Of a DNA stretch of 64,000 nucleotides, positions 45,749-54,667 are shown in pieces. Location of the stretch: the IMG/VR virus record IMGVR_UViG_3300020187_000010; one strand, 5' to 3'. Position 1 is the first letter of the stretch. Every line of letters starts with the position of its first letter. This DNA comes from a virus. The notes beneath the pieces are model-generated. The model had not been told where the DNA came from, did not search any database, and worked only from the letters and a program-made list of their open reading frames with translations. Both the position numbers and the translations under genes were made by a program.

Positions 45749-46372
45749 TCAAACTGTATTTATATGATCAATAACGTCTTCCCAGAACTCTAGATTGAAC
45801 CCGAGAGTATATGAGAGGGTAATTCTTTTACTGTCTGTTGATGCGCAATGGTATATAATTTTATCTGTCTCTTCGGAAGAACCAAAGTATCCAGCCTTAC
45901 ATGTCCACCCCTTCTTATCCTTCATGCGAATATGATCTTTTGTTATGGGATCGACCCACTCAAAATAACCATCACCGGTCTCGCTCCATGTGAATATAAG
46001 ATTGTATGAAGATGCGTTTTGATTTGTATGCCATCCAATATATCCACCAACCGGATATAACTGACTAAGCGCAGAATTGCGCACTCCTAGTTCAGTCTTC
46101 AATCTTTCATCCAATGTTATATAGGATTTTCGGTAGTCCAGATTAGATGAATCGTCATGATCGGGCTTGAGACAATAAGACCTTGCTGATTCGGGTGATC
46201 CATCATGACCTACTTGTATAGATTGTAAGTATTCGTCACTAATCCAATGATCTCTATTCTCTCCATCAAGAAAGGTATTGGTCTTGGTAACATCGTATTT
46301 GTCAATAAACAACTCTCTAAAACCTTCTAGTATATCCAGAAGATTCTCATTCATAATATAGACGTGTCTCAT
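45749..46372 (-). CDS. cupin/2OG-Fe(II) oxygenase-like protein
   Basis: LYPVGGYIGWHTN...YHCA...RITLSY; paralog of 18559-19227. Confidence 0.6.
   Translation of the reverse strand: MRHVYIMNENLLDILEGFRELFIDKYDVTKTNTFLDGENRDHWISDEYLQSIQVGHDGSPESARSYCLKPDHDDSSNLDYRKSYITLDERLKTELGVRNSALSQLYPVGGYIGWHTNQNASSYNLIFTWSETGDGYFEWVDPITKDHIRMKDKKGWTCKAGYFGSSEETDKIIYHCASTDSKRITLSYTLGFNLEFWEDVIDHINTV
45757..45764 (-). promoter_or_regulatory. T4-type late promoter TATAAATA
   Basis: Exact motif about 25 nt upstream of uvsY. Confidence 0.65.
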
Positions 46373-46873
46373 TTATAACAACTCGAAAGAACTAAACCTA
46401 AAGCTTACTGTGAATGTAGGGTATTGTATATCACTAACATTAGATTGTAAAGTGATAGGACTCAAGTTTGTAGGAAGGGCATCAAAATACTTTATCTGCA
46501 CATTCTTGTTGTTGTGACTAGACATGATAATCAATGTTATATCTGCATAACTACTTCGTGTAGTACCCTCTGCGCCTACACTATTGTCTTGTCCCTGATT
46601 CACGATACGTTCCAACCAGTTCTGCATCTCTTTGTATGCAACAATATCTTCATCAAGAATGATCTCTACGGTGAGTTCCCCATAGGTAATTTTATCACCC
46701 GCAAGAGGAACCGAAGTAATACGTGCAACTGGTAGTTCTGTTGGATTAACTGAGGAGCCAGGATGTGTTACACTCTGCGCAAAATAACTCAGATTCTTAT
46801 AACCATCACCGGATATAATAATCTTAAATCCCGTGGGTTGTAGATAATTTTTATTTGATGTTAACTCTGCCAT
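46373..46873 (-). CDS. 3: tail tube terminator / tail completion protein gp3
   Basis: N.NYLQPTGF, GDK..YG.L....ILDED...Y.E...WL, F.DA.PT.LS; position after gene 23. Confidence 0.85.
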   Translation of the reverse strand: MAELTSNKNYLQPTGFKIIISGDGYKNLSYFAQSVTHPGSSVNPTELPVARITSVPLAGDKITYGELTVEIILDEDIVAYKEMQNWLERIVNQGQDNSVGAEGTTRSSYADITLIIMSSHNNKNVQIKYFDALPTNLSPITLQSNVSDIQYPTFTVSFRFSSFELL

Positions 46874-46897
46874 TATAACTCTCGTTGATTTTACTTT

Positions 46898-46905
46898 TAT
46901 TTATA
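46898..46905 (-). promoter_or_regulatory. T4-type late promoter TATAAATA
   Basis: Exact motif upstream of gene 3. Confidence 0.8.
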
Positions 46906-46908
46906 CAC

Positions 46909-46959
46909 ATTATAGTGGTCTATTAATGGACAATTATCTAAAATATAGACCACTATAAT
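46909..46959. repeat. 15-bp perfect inverted repeat with a 21-nt spacer
   Basis: attatagtggtctat (46909-46923) / atagaccactataat (46945-46959). Confidence 0.9.
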
Positions 46960-46965
46960 AGACAC

Positions 46966-46995
46966 AAAAAAAACCCCCATCCGAAGATGAGGGTC
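46966..46995 (-). terminator. gene 23 terminator with a cUUCGg tetraloop
   Basis: ACCCTCATC-TTCG-GATGGGGGT followed by a T-run. Confidence 0.9.
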
Positions 46996-47053
46996 AAAAG
47001 GTGATTTAACCGGGCGTTCCCGATCTATCACTCTTATTATTTTATACTACCAT

Positions 47054-48406
47054 CTACGCGAGAATATTGTCAACTCGGAAGATTCTGTAGTAAACATTGC
47101 TCTTAGCAGCGGCAAGACCGTTACTTGGAGTAGAACCGACAAACGGGTTAGACGCCATACCATAACGAGTCTTGAACCCGATACGTGGTTGGAAGTCATT
47201 CTCGCCAACGGCTTTAACCATTTGCAGTGGAACGTATGGGCAGTAGAATACACCTGCGTCATATGCGTTAGTACCTTTGTAACCTACAGTGATGTAGTCA
47301 GCAGAGGCATATGGGTCAATATAGACCTTAGTGCGACCGTTCAAAGTACCAGCAAAAGTATTACCAGTGTCATCAACCTGAAGGTTGGTAGACATTGCAG
47401 GAGTGTAGTCCAACATACCAGAAGCGGCAAGTGCAGTAGCAACGTCAGAAGAACAGATAACAACGTTACCCTTTCCACGGCGAGTTTCTTTTGCAATTAC
47501 GTTTGCTTCGCGGTCGATCTGTACAACCAGACCCTTGAACTTCTCAGCAGACCAACGACCGTCAGCATCAGTTGACAAGTCAAAGATACCTTTAGTAGCA
47601 ACGTTAGACTGGAGAGCACCAGTTTTTGCTTGACTGTTGATAGTACGAACAACTTCACGGTTGATTTCCGCAAGGATCTCAGTAGAGAGGATGTTAGCAA
47701 GTTCAGTTTCTGCATCCAGACCATGGATTGCTTTCAGGTCTTGTGCAAGTTCTAAACTGTACTCAGCTTTCAACGCACGAGATACGGCAGTTACAGTTGC
47801 CTTCTCGATGGTGAAACCCATTTCTGCGAAAGGTGCACCAACACCATCACCCAGTGCTTCAGCAGCAGCGGTAGTCATACCAGTTGCAGCAAGTGAAGTC
47901 AGACGAGAATCGTCTACACTTGAGTCAACAGTGCGAACACCAGTTGCAGAGTCATCAGAGATGCCGTTGAAACCAGAAGCGTTATCAGAATCGTGAGTAC
48001 CGGTACGGTCACCAGAGAACTGAGTTTCTGCTTCTTGGAACAATGCTTCACGTGAAGAAGTTGAACCAGCACCATAACGTGCCTTCATCGCGAAGATGAG
48101 ACCAGTTGGGCCAGACATTGGTTGAACGCCACATACGTCATATGCCATCAAGTTAGGCATTGCACGGCGAACGAGAGAGATCAATACTGGATCCCAGTTA
48201 CCCGCAGAAGTGGTGTTGTTGCCCGGCGCAGCTTCGTTTAAAGAACCGAAACCTGCGTGTTGAGCGCGTTCTTCCATCATTGCTTTCTCTTGGTTTTCCA
48301 AGATTGCAGCAGTAACAGCTCTACGTTGATGATCTTTAATCTCGCCAGCAGAACTTTCGTTCAGGACGGGAGCCCATTTTTCGATAAGAGTATCGTAAGA
48401 ATTCAT
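47054..48406 (-). CDS. 23: major capsid protein gp23
   Basis: KWAPVL, GVQPMSGPTGLIFA, SRALKAEYS.ELAQDLKAIHGLDAE, FQPRIGFKTRYG. Confidence 0.98.
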   Translation of the reverse strand: MNSYDTLIEKWAPVLNESSAGEIKDHQRRAVTAAILENQEKAMMEERAQHAGFGSLNEAAPGNNTTSAGNWDPVLISLVRRAMPNLMAYDVCGVQPMSGPTGLIFAMKARYGAGSTSSREALFQEAETQFSGDRTGTHDSDNASGFNGISDDSATGVRTVDSSVDDSRLTSLAATGMTTAAAEALGDGVGAPFAEMGFTIEKATVTAVSRALKAEYSLELAQDLKAIHGLDAETELANILSTEILAEINREVVRTINSQAKTGALQSNVATKGIFDLSTDADGRWSAEKFKGLVVQIDREANVIAKETRRGKGNVVICSSDVATALAASGMLDYTPAMSTNLQVDDTGNTFAGTLNGRTKVYIDPYASADYITVGYKGTNAYDAGVFYCPYVPLQMVKAVGENDFQPRIGFKTRYGMASNPFVGSTPSNGLAAAKSNVYYRIFRVDNILA

Positions 48407-48418
48407 ATTGGTTATTCC

Positions 48419-49456
48419 TTATTGAGTTCTAGAAGTTTTTCTAATTGCAGTGAGGTAAGAGTCCATGCTTGAAGACACTTCAACTGTTGTTTCAGGTTCC
48501 TCATCTACGGCAGCAACTTCTTCACTAATTTTTTGAGAAAAGTAAGATTCGCGGATAGTAGCAACTTTAGATGCGAATACTTCCGCACTTTCGAAATCGA
48601 TACTTTCAACGAGACCTTTCAGTTTCTCGACTTGGGTGTCTGCCAAACCACGAGCGGCTTCAGCAATGATAGAATCACGCTTCAACACTTCGAGTTCTTC
48701 TGACAGTTTAATGGACTCACCAGTTTGAGAATTTAACTTCTCTTCAAGTTCTTCAACTTGACCTGCGAGTTCATCAACTAGGTCTACCTTGGACTCAGGT
48801 ACTTCGATGTGAGATTCTACGAATAGATCCTTCATCTTGTCCATAAAGTTCTCTGCGATTTCAGTACGGAGACCGTTCTGAACAGCAACTTTATTATCTT
48901 CCATCCAAGTTTCAACTACGTAGTTTAAGTAAGAATCAACTTTCTCAACAAGATCACTCTTAATAGACGCGACTTCTTCAGATAGTTCTTCTTGGTATTG
49001 TTCCTCTAAACGAGAAACTTCTTCGGACAGTTTAGATTTAACAGCAGCTTCAAAGATAACTGAAGTTTTCTCTTTGAACTCATCAGACAAAGTTGCCTCT
49101 GACTCTACGAGTGCATCAAGTTCACTTACTGTATCAATTTTTTCTGCAACTACTTCAACATCAAACTCGACATCTTCGCCCATCATTTTACCGTATGCAG
49201 CCTGAAGATCCATTTTTTTCATGGAGTTCATCTTCTGGTACATAGAGTTAATCATGCCCGCTTTTGTCTTGGGTAATGTTGCTTTCTTAGTTGCATCGGC
49301 CGCCTTATCTACTGACGCTACAGACTCAGGTTCAGTTACACCATCAGTTGATGTTGCGCCTGCGCCTTTAGGTTCTGCTTTTTCTTCGAGAGTTTCCTCC
49401 ACGATTTCGTTAATATCATCGTGAAGTTCTACTTCGACATTAGTTTCATCAGTCAT
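48419..49456 (-). CDS. 22: prohead core scaffold protein gp22
   Basis: LSDEFKEK...IFEAAV, KVDSYLNYVVE.W..DN..A...GLR.EIAE.F. Confidence 0.93.
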   Translation of the reverse strand: MTDETNVEVELHDDINEIVEETLEEKAEPKGAGATSTDGVTEPESVASVDKAADATKKATLPKTKAGMINSMYQKMNSMKKMDLQAAYGKMMGEDVEFDVEVVAEKIDTVSELDALVESEATLSDEFKEKTSVIFEAAVKSKLSEEVSRLEEQYQEELSEEVASIKSDLVEKVDSYLNYVVETWMEDNKVAVQNGLRTEIAENFMDKMKDLFVESHIEVPESKVDLVDELAGQVEELEEKLNSQTGESIKLSEELEVLKRDSIIAEAARGLADTQVEKLKGLVESIDFESAEVFASKVATIRESYFSQKISEEVAAVDEEPETTVEVSSSMDSYLTAIRKTSRTQ

Positions 49457-49466
49457 TATAGACTCC

Positions 49467-50126
49467 TTACATATTAGATTTGATTAACGAGAGGAAATTT
49501 TTAAACTCACGAATTTGAACAGCAGAACTGTACGCCTTCGGTGCATTTTTGATTTCTGTCTCCATATCTTCAATTATCTGTTGTTCCAAAATACCGTTAT
49601 TCCAGATCCAATCCACACCTTCCATAATACCATTAACAAAAGCATCAGGTGCGGAGGGGTCTTGTACTATGTCGATAGTTGCAAGGTGAAAATCTTCACC
49701 AACATATGCGACACCATTTCGGTTCACTAGACTTCCCATACCACGAGTTGACACACCTAGTTGAACACCACCTTCTAGAAGACCTTGAACGATCTTACCC
49801 ATCGGAGTATCCAATATTTGTGCCTTTCCGACCACATCATTTCCCTCAAATCTGAGGTCAGTGATGAGATGCGAAACTTTATCCAAGTTAACAGTTGGGC
49901 CTTCGGGGTGATTCAATTCACCGACCGCACGTTTCTTGCTAACTTGTTCGGTAACGTACTTATTTACAGCACGTTCCATAATTGCTTTGGGGTAAATTCG
50001 CCCATTGCGATTCTTTTGATCTGCTTGAGCGAATACGCCCTCGATGACATATTTCTTGGCACCGTCTTCTTTCTTTTCTACGATACACTGAATGTCGTTT
50101 TCGTAGTATTCGCTAATCAGTTTCAT
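49467..50126 (-). CDS. 21: prohead protease gp21
   Basis: NRNGRIYP, GELNHP, GVSTRGMGS, DIVQDPSAPDA. Confidence 0.96.
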   Translation of the reverse strand: MKLISEYYENDIQCIVEKKEDGAKKYVIEGVFAQADQKNRNGRIYPKAIMERAVNKYVTEQVSKKRAVGELNHPEGPTVNLDKVSHLITDLRFEGNDVVGKAQILDTPMGKIVQGLLEGGVQLGVSTRGMGSLVNRNGVAYVGEDFHLATIDIVQDPSAPDAFVNGIMEGVDWIWNNGILEQQIIEDMETEIKNAPKAYSSAVQIREFKNFLSLIKSNM

Positions 50127-50326
50127 TTTAATTCCTTTACGACTGTCTTTGCAGTCTTCTCAGCTTCTTTTTGATCCTTGAAGGTGTCTAACATATCACC
50201 GTCAATATACAAAACGAAACCCTTCGAGTCTTTCACGATCTTAACAGGTACTTTATCGATCTTCTTATTGAAGACGACTTTACCTTTGGAAGCGACAGCT
50301 TCTCTTAATTGACCGAATGTTTTCAT
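50123..50326 (-). CDS. small prohead core protein (gp68 position)
   Basis: MKTFGQLREA capsid-targeting-like start; lies between genes 20 and 21. Confidence 0.7.
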   Translation of the reverse strand: MKTFGQLREAVASKGKVVFNKKIDKVPVKIVKDSKGFVLYIDGDMLDTFKDQKEAEKTAKTVVKELK

Positions 50327-50350
50327 TTTAAGTTTTTCCGTTTATGGTAT

Positions 50351-50358
50351 TATTTATA
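50351..50358 (-). promoter_or_regulatory. T4-type late promoter TATAAATA
   Basis: Exact motif upstream of the core-21-22-23 unit. Confidence 0.8.
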
Positions 50359-50384
50359 CAAATTCCATCTTTAACAATAAACTT

Positions 50385-50648
50385 TTATTCGATATCGTCA
50401 GACTCGTATTCTGTTTCATCTTCTATTTCATCTTCGATGAGATCGTCATCTTCGAAGTCTATCTCCAGTTGATCTTCTTCTGCACCGTTAAAGATAGTGT
50501 CTGCAACAGAAATCTTTTCAACTTCCAATGCGTCATGCATCTTATCAGCCAACACGGCATCTAAAGAACCCTGTGCTGAGTTAAAATCTTGTTGTTGGAT
50601 CGCATCAATCAAATCATGGATGGGATTAGTTTCTACTTCTTCAGTCAT
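50385..50648 (-). CDS. acidic prohead core protein (gp67-like)
   Basis: Position after the portal gene; very acidic C-terminus. Confidence 0.7.
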   Translation of the reverse strand: MTEEVETNPIHDLIDAIQQQDFNSAQGSLDAVLADKMHDALEVEKISVADTIFNGAEEDQLEIDFEDDDLIEDEIEDETEYESDDIE

Positions 50649-50650
50649 AG

Positions 50651-52174
50651 TTATACTCCAAGGTCTTCTTCATTATCATCTCCGCCCTTTGCGTTCTCGG
50701 CTTCGACTTGGTTTTTCATTTCTTCAATATCATCATCAGACATCATCATGACATTCTTCATTACCCACTCACGTGAGAAGTATTCACCTACGTACTGTGA
50801 TACTTGGTCAAGGGTACTTAGTCTTTCTCTAAGTATCTCAGAATCCTTCAACTCGGTGAAATGATTATCACGAACAAAGTCTATCTGGATATCATTCTTC
50901 CAAATATCCCAATCCTGTTCTGTACAGATACCTTTGAGGATTAATTGTTTCTTCAGGATACCAGTGAATAGGCCAGAAAAACGTTTACGTAATCTATCGA
51001 TAAACTTCTGGAATTTAACTTCATCCCTAGAAATCTCGGTAGAACGACCCAGACTAAACTGTGACTCTTGTTCTAAACGGTTGATAGGTACATTCAAAGA
51101 ACGATACAATCTCTTCTGGAAGTATACAATATCGTCAATCTGCCCAAGGTTCTCACCGCCAGGTAGTGTACTAATCTCGGTACCACGACCACCTTCTCTA
51201 CGAGGTAACCAGAAGTCCTCCAACATAGACATATGTTTACGGTCATCTTTAAGGTTACCGGTACTCGCATCGTATACTAACTTATTACGATAACGACCCA
51301 TGATATCCTTCATGTGTTGTTCTGCTTTGTTAGCAGGTAAGTTACCAACATCAATATAAAAGATTCTACGTTCTGGTGCACGTGCGAGACGATAAATTAC
51401 CAGACTATCTTCCATCATACGTAACTGGTTGATGGGTTTAATTGCTTTCTGTAAGTAAGATAAAATACGTTTCTTACTAGGATCTGTAAGACCCGAAGTC
51501 ACATATGATACTGCATCCGGAGAAATCTTTACCGCACTCTGCGTAGAACTCTTCTCTTGGAACACGTAGAACTCTTCGGTTTTATCTACGATCTTTGCAC
51601 CAGTCAGTGTATCTTTTTTATACTTTACTTCTTTTACTTTACGAATCTTGGGGGTGTCTATAGGACGGATCTCTTGGATACCGGCCTTCGCATTAGATTC
51701 GTTTACTACTAAGTGATGGACAAGACGACCGTCAATATACCATGAACGGAATATGTCGTGTCCCATCTCGGAAAAGTTTAACATGGAACATATCCCATCA
51801 AACTCTTCTACCATTAATTTTTTAATTTTATCTGACGTTTCGATACCGTCTAGATTCAGTTCTACAGGAGAGGTTGTCTCCGAACCAGAAATACTTTCGT
51901 TTACAATATCTTCAATCGCTGCGTCAACTTCTGGATGGTTGGCCACACCGCGATACTTCATGATGAGTTCTGCATTGTCCTTTGCGTTATCACCATTAAT
52001 GTCAATGTACTGACCATAGTGAGAACCAGACGCAGTTACATAACCCGCACCATCGTCATCCGCTTTCGGAACGATAGAAGGTAATTTATCATTTTCTTTA
52101 CCGGTTTCTTTTTTCGATGCTCTTTTGAGTTCGAAACCGAATAATTTCATAATACTGTTATTGTCGTCTGCCAT
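50651..52174 (-). CDS. 20: portal protein gp20
   Basis: HPEVD.AI.DIVNE, NQLRMMEDSLVIYRLARAPERRIFYIDVGN, EDFWLPRREGGRGTEI. Confidence 0.98.
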   Translation of the reverse strand: MADDNNSIMKLFGFELKRASKKETGKENDKLPSIVPKADDDGAGYVTASGSHYGQYIDINGDNAKDNAELIMKYRGVANHPEVDAAIEDIVNESISGSETTSPVELNLDGIETSDKIKKLMVEEFDGICSMLNFSEMGHDIFRSWYIDGRLVHHLVVNESNAKAGIQEIRPIDTPKIRKVKEVKYKKDTLTGAKIVDKTEEFYVFQEKSSTQSAVKISPDAVSYVTSGLTDPSKKRILSYLQKAIKPINQLRMMEDSLVIYRLARAPERRIFYIDVGNLPANKAEQHMKDIMGRYRNKLVYDASTGNLKDDRKHMSMLEDFWLPRREGGRGTEISTLPGGENLGQIDDIVYFQKRLYRSLNVPINRLEQESQFSLGRSTEISRDEVKFQKFIDRLRKRFSGLFTGILKKQLILKGICTEQDWDIWKNDIQIDFVRDNHFTELKDSEILRERLSTLDQVSQYVGEYFSREWVMKNVMMMSDDDIEEMKNQVEAENAKGGDDNEEDLGV

Positions 52175-52196
52175 CTTTGCCTCAAAGTAAAAATAA

Positions 52197-52233
52197 TACG
52201 CAGGGGGAAAATCCCCCTACGCATATATTTAGT
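52197..52233 (-). promoter_or_regulatory. late-promoter variant ACTAAATA followed by a GC-rich hairpin between genes 19 and 20
   Basis: ACTAAATA at 52233-52226; GCGTAGGGGGA-TTT-TCCCCCTGCGT stem. Confidence 0.55.
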
Positions 52234-52239
52234 CACAAC

Positions 52240-52767
52240 TTAACTAGTTGTGCCTGACTCCCAATATTGTACTTGGAATGTTACGGTAAACTCTTCGATA
52301 GTGTCTACTGTATCATAGTTCAAGTCAATAGCAGAAATCACGGTTGGGAAACAAGAACGGAAGTTGTAAGTCTTAATTACAAGTCCATCTTTGTCCAACT
52401 GGTCTACTGACAGGTCAGTTTGGTAATCCGCAGGATCATTGAATCCGGTATTCGCATTGTGCGAATTGATACCGTTCATCCAACGTTCCATTGCATCACG
52501 TATTTCAAAACCTGTGTCGTTAATGACGGTTACTGTCCACTCTTCGAATGTACGGTCACCGGCAATCTTCAGTTGACGACCACGGAAAGGTACCGTGATC
52601 GGAGCAACGTTAGAAGAAGGTAACTGTGCACCCTTCACCATGAAAGAAGTCAGTTCTGCATCACCAAGGGCATATGCAGGAAAGTTCAACTTACAGTTGA
52701 AGAGGTTAGGACGAGCACCACCGCCTTTTAGTTTTGATTTAAAATCATCTACACCTAAAATAGCCAT
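52240..52767 (-). CDS. 19: tail tube protein gp19
   Basis: GGARPNLF, PFRGRQLKIAGDRTF..W.VT..ND. Confidence 0.96.
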   Translation of the reverse strand: MAILGVDDFKSKLKGGGARPNLFNCKLNFPAYALGDAELTSFMVKGAQLPSSNVAPITVPFRGRQLKIAGDRTFEEWTVTVINDTGFEIRDAMERWMNGINSHNANTGFNDPADYQTDLSVDQLDKDGLVIKTYNFRSCFPTVISAIDLNYDTVDTIEEFTVTFQVQYWESGTTS

Positions 52768-52771
52768 TGTA

Positions 52772-54580
52772 TTATGCTCCTACCGTGCCGATAACTTCTT
52801 CAAAGTCCACACCACTTCTAACAGCAACAAAGTTCAATTGAACGAAGTTGATAGAACGTGCGGGTTTAACGAAGATACTTGCAACAAATTGGTTATTGTC
52901 CACAACTTCTTGATTGTTGTTTGTTTCATCACATACAACACGGAAGTCAGTTATACCTCTACGACCCTTAACTCTACGGAGGAAAGGTTCAACGATATTT
53001 ACGAACTCTGCACGAGTAAACTCGTCATTGAATTCGAACATCACGTTTTTCGCAGCTTCACCAATAGACTTCTCAATCGCAATAAACAAACGTCTTACGT
53101 TGATACGGTCAAAGGCAGAAGGTCGGCTTTCCAACGTCTTATCACCAAACAAGATCAGACCAGTGCCTGGAATGTTTGCGATAGGGTTGACACCTGCTTT
53201 ATACAGAGAATCACGTTGGGTTTGATTAGGGTTAGTTAAGATATCGGTAACACCACGATAATTACCACGTCTCTGTCCGGCAGGTGAGTACCAAGGATCT
53301 GCGATAATGTCAGTAGCAGCCATCAGACCCGCAGTGCTTGAAGCAGCAGGGATGTTGATGTACTTGTCGTTGTACTTATCAAAGATCTTGATGAAGTTGT
53401 TATCGACAATTAAGTAAGAGGATTTAGTTAATCCGCCAACGAAGGAAACCGCATTGGTTGTTGCTTGTGCATCGGTCTTACCCACAAGATTGTCTCTGTC
53501 TACAGAAGTTATTACAACACAATCTTTACGTGCAGTTGCAATTGACGTTAGGTCATTTGTAACAGTCGCGCCTTGTGCGGCAGTTGGGTGCATAGGAGCA
53601 ATCAGGAAGTCAATCTCGGTAGTGAGTTTGTCTTCGAACAGATCGTAACCTTCTGAGATATCGCCAGTAGATAGAGTTGCAGACGCTTGTCCACCACCAA
53701 GATTTACTGTACGAACACCATCTACAAGAGCTGCACCGAGACCATAGTTGGTCGCAGTATCTACATCAGGAGTAGTTCCCCAGTTTCCGCCAAGATCTAA
53801 GAAGTCAGAACCGAAGGCAGAGTCATCACCGAAGTAACCATTCCAGATATACTGAGAGTTTGCATTCAGTACGTCAGAGATATAGTTAGGTGAATTGTCA
53901 GGAGTTACTGCGCCTTTAGCAACAGAGAGATATTCAAACTTTTCAAGAACTGCACCAACAGTACCAGAGATTAGACCGGTACGGTCAATAATAGCAACGT
54001 GAACTTCGTCATTAGATGCACCATTGCTGGTTGCATAAGTAGAAGATCCGGGCGCGCCATTGAACTGTGATGCGTATGACCAACCAGTAAAGTGATCAAC
54101 ACTTGCAGAGTCGCCAGCAGGACAGAAAGATACAGTCAAAGCGTTACCAATGTCGCCTGGATATTTTGCAATCCAAGTACCACTAGAAGTTTTTGAAACA
54201 CCTTCACCTACTGCGTCTTTGACAGTATTTTCCCAGTGAGAGCCATTGTTGACAATCATAGAGTTAAGGTCAGAGTCACCTGCAAGTTTGGTCACTGCAC
54301 CGTGTGCGTTTTGTCCACCATTGTTCTCGCGAACAACTTGAAGAGTTTGTGAGTATTTTAAGAAATACGCAGCGGAATGAAAATCCACTGAGTTCGTGTC
54401 GTTAGGTGCGGCAAATGCAGTAACTAAACCCGTCTCGTCAGAGATAAGAGTTCGTTCATGCACAGGGCCCCAACGGAAGTTTCCTACGAAACCAGCACCA
54501 GAAGCACCGACAGCAGGCACGATTGCCGTTTTGTCGATCTCACTGATATTGATCCGTGGAGATGCGGGTTTTACAGCCAT
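52772..54580 (-). CDS. 18: tail sheath protein gp18
   Basis: SP...I.EID, F.WGP, PW.SPAG..RG, SAFDRINVRRLF, FEFNDEFTR. Confidence 0.97.
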   Translation of the reverse strand: MAVKPASPRINISEIDKTAIVPAVGASGAGFVGNFRWGPVHERTLISDETGLVTAFAAPNDTNSVDFHSAAYFLKYSQTLQVVRENNGGQNAHGAVTKLAGDSDLNSMIVNNGSHWENTVKDAVGEGVSKTSSGTWIAKYPGDIGNALTVSFCPAGDSASVDHFTGWSYASQFNGAPGSSTYATSNGASNDEVHVAIIDRTGLISGTVGAVLEKFEYLSVAKGAVTPDNSPNYISDVLNANSQYIWNGYFGDDSAFGSDFLDLGGNWGTTPDVDTATNYGLGAALVDGVRTVNLGGGQASATLSTGDISEGYDLFEDKLTTEIDFLIAPMHPTAAQGATVTNDLTSIATARKDCVVITSVDRDNLVGKTDAQATTNAVSFVGGLTKSSYLIVDNNFIKIFDKYNDKYINIPAASSTAGLMAATDIIADPWYSPAGQRRGNYRGVTDILTNPNQTQRDSLYKAGVNPIANIPGTGLILFGDKTLESRPSAFDRINVRRLFIAIEKSIGEAAKNVMFEFNDEFTRAEFVNIVEPFLRRVKGRRGITDFRVVCDETNNNQEVVDNNQFVASIFVKPARSINFVQLNFVAVRSGVDFEEVIGTVGA

Positions 54581-54646
54581 AGCATTTTCCTTTAGTTTCG
54601 TTAACGAATGATAAGTAAATCATAATACGGTTATTTTCAATACTAG

Positions 54647-54654
54647 TATTTATA
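54647..54654 (-). promoter_or_regulatory. T4-type late promoter TATAAATA
   Basis: Exact motif upstream of gene 18. Confidence 0.8.
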
Positions 54655-54667
54655 AGAATACTATTCT

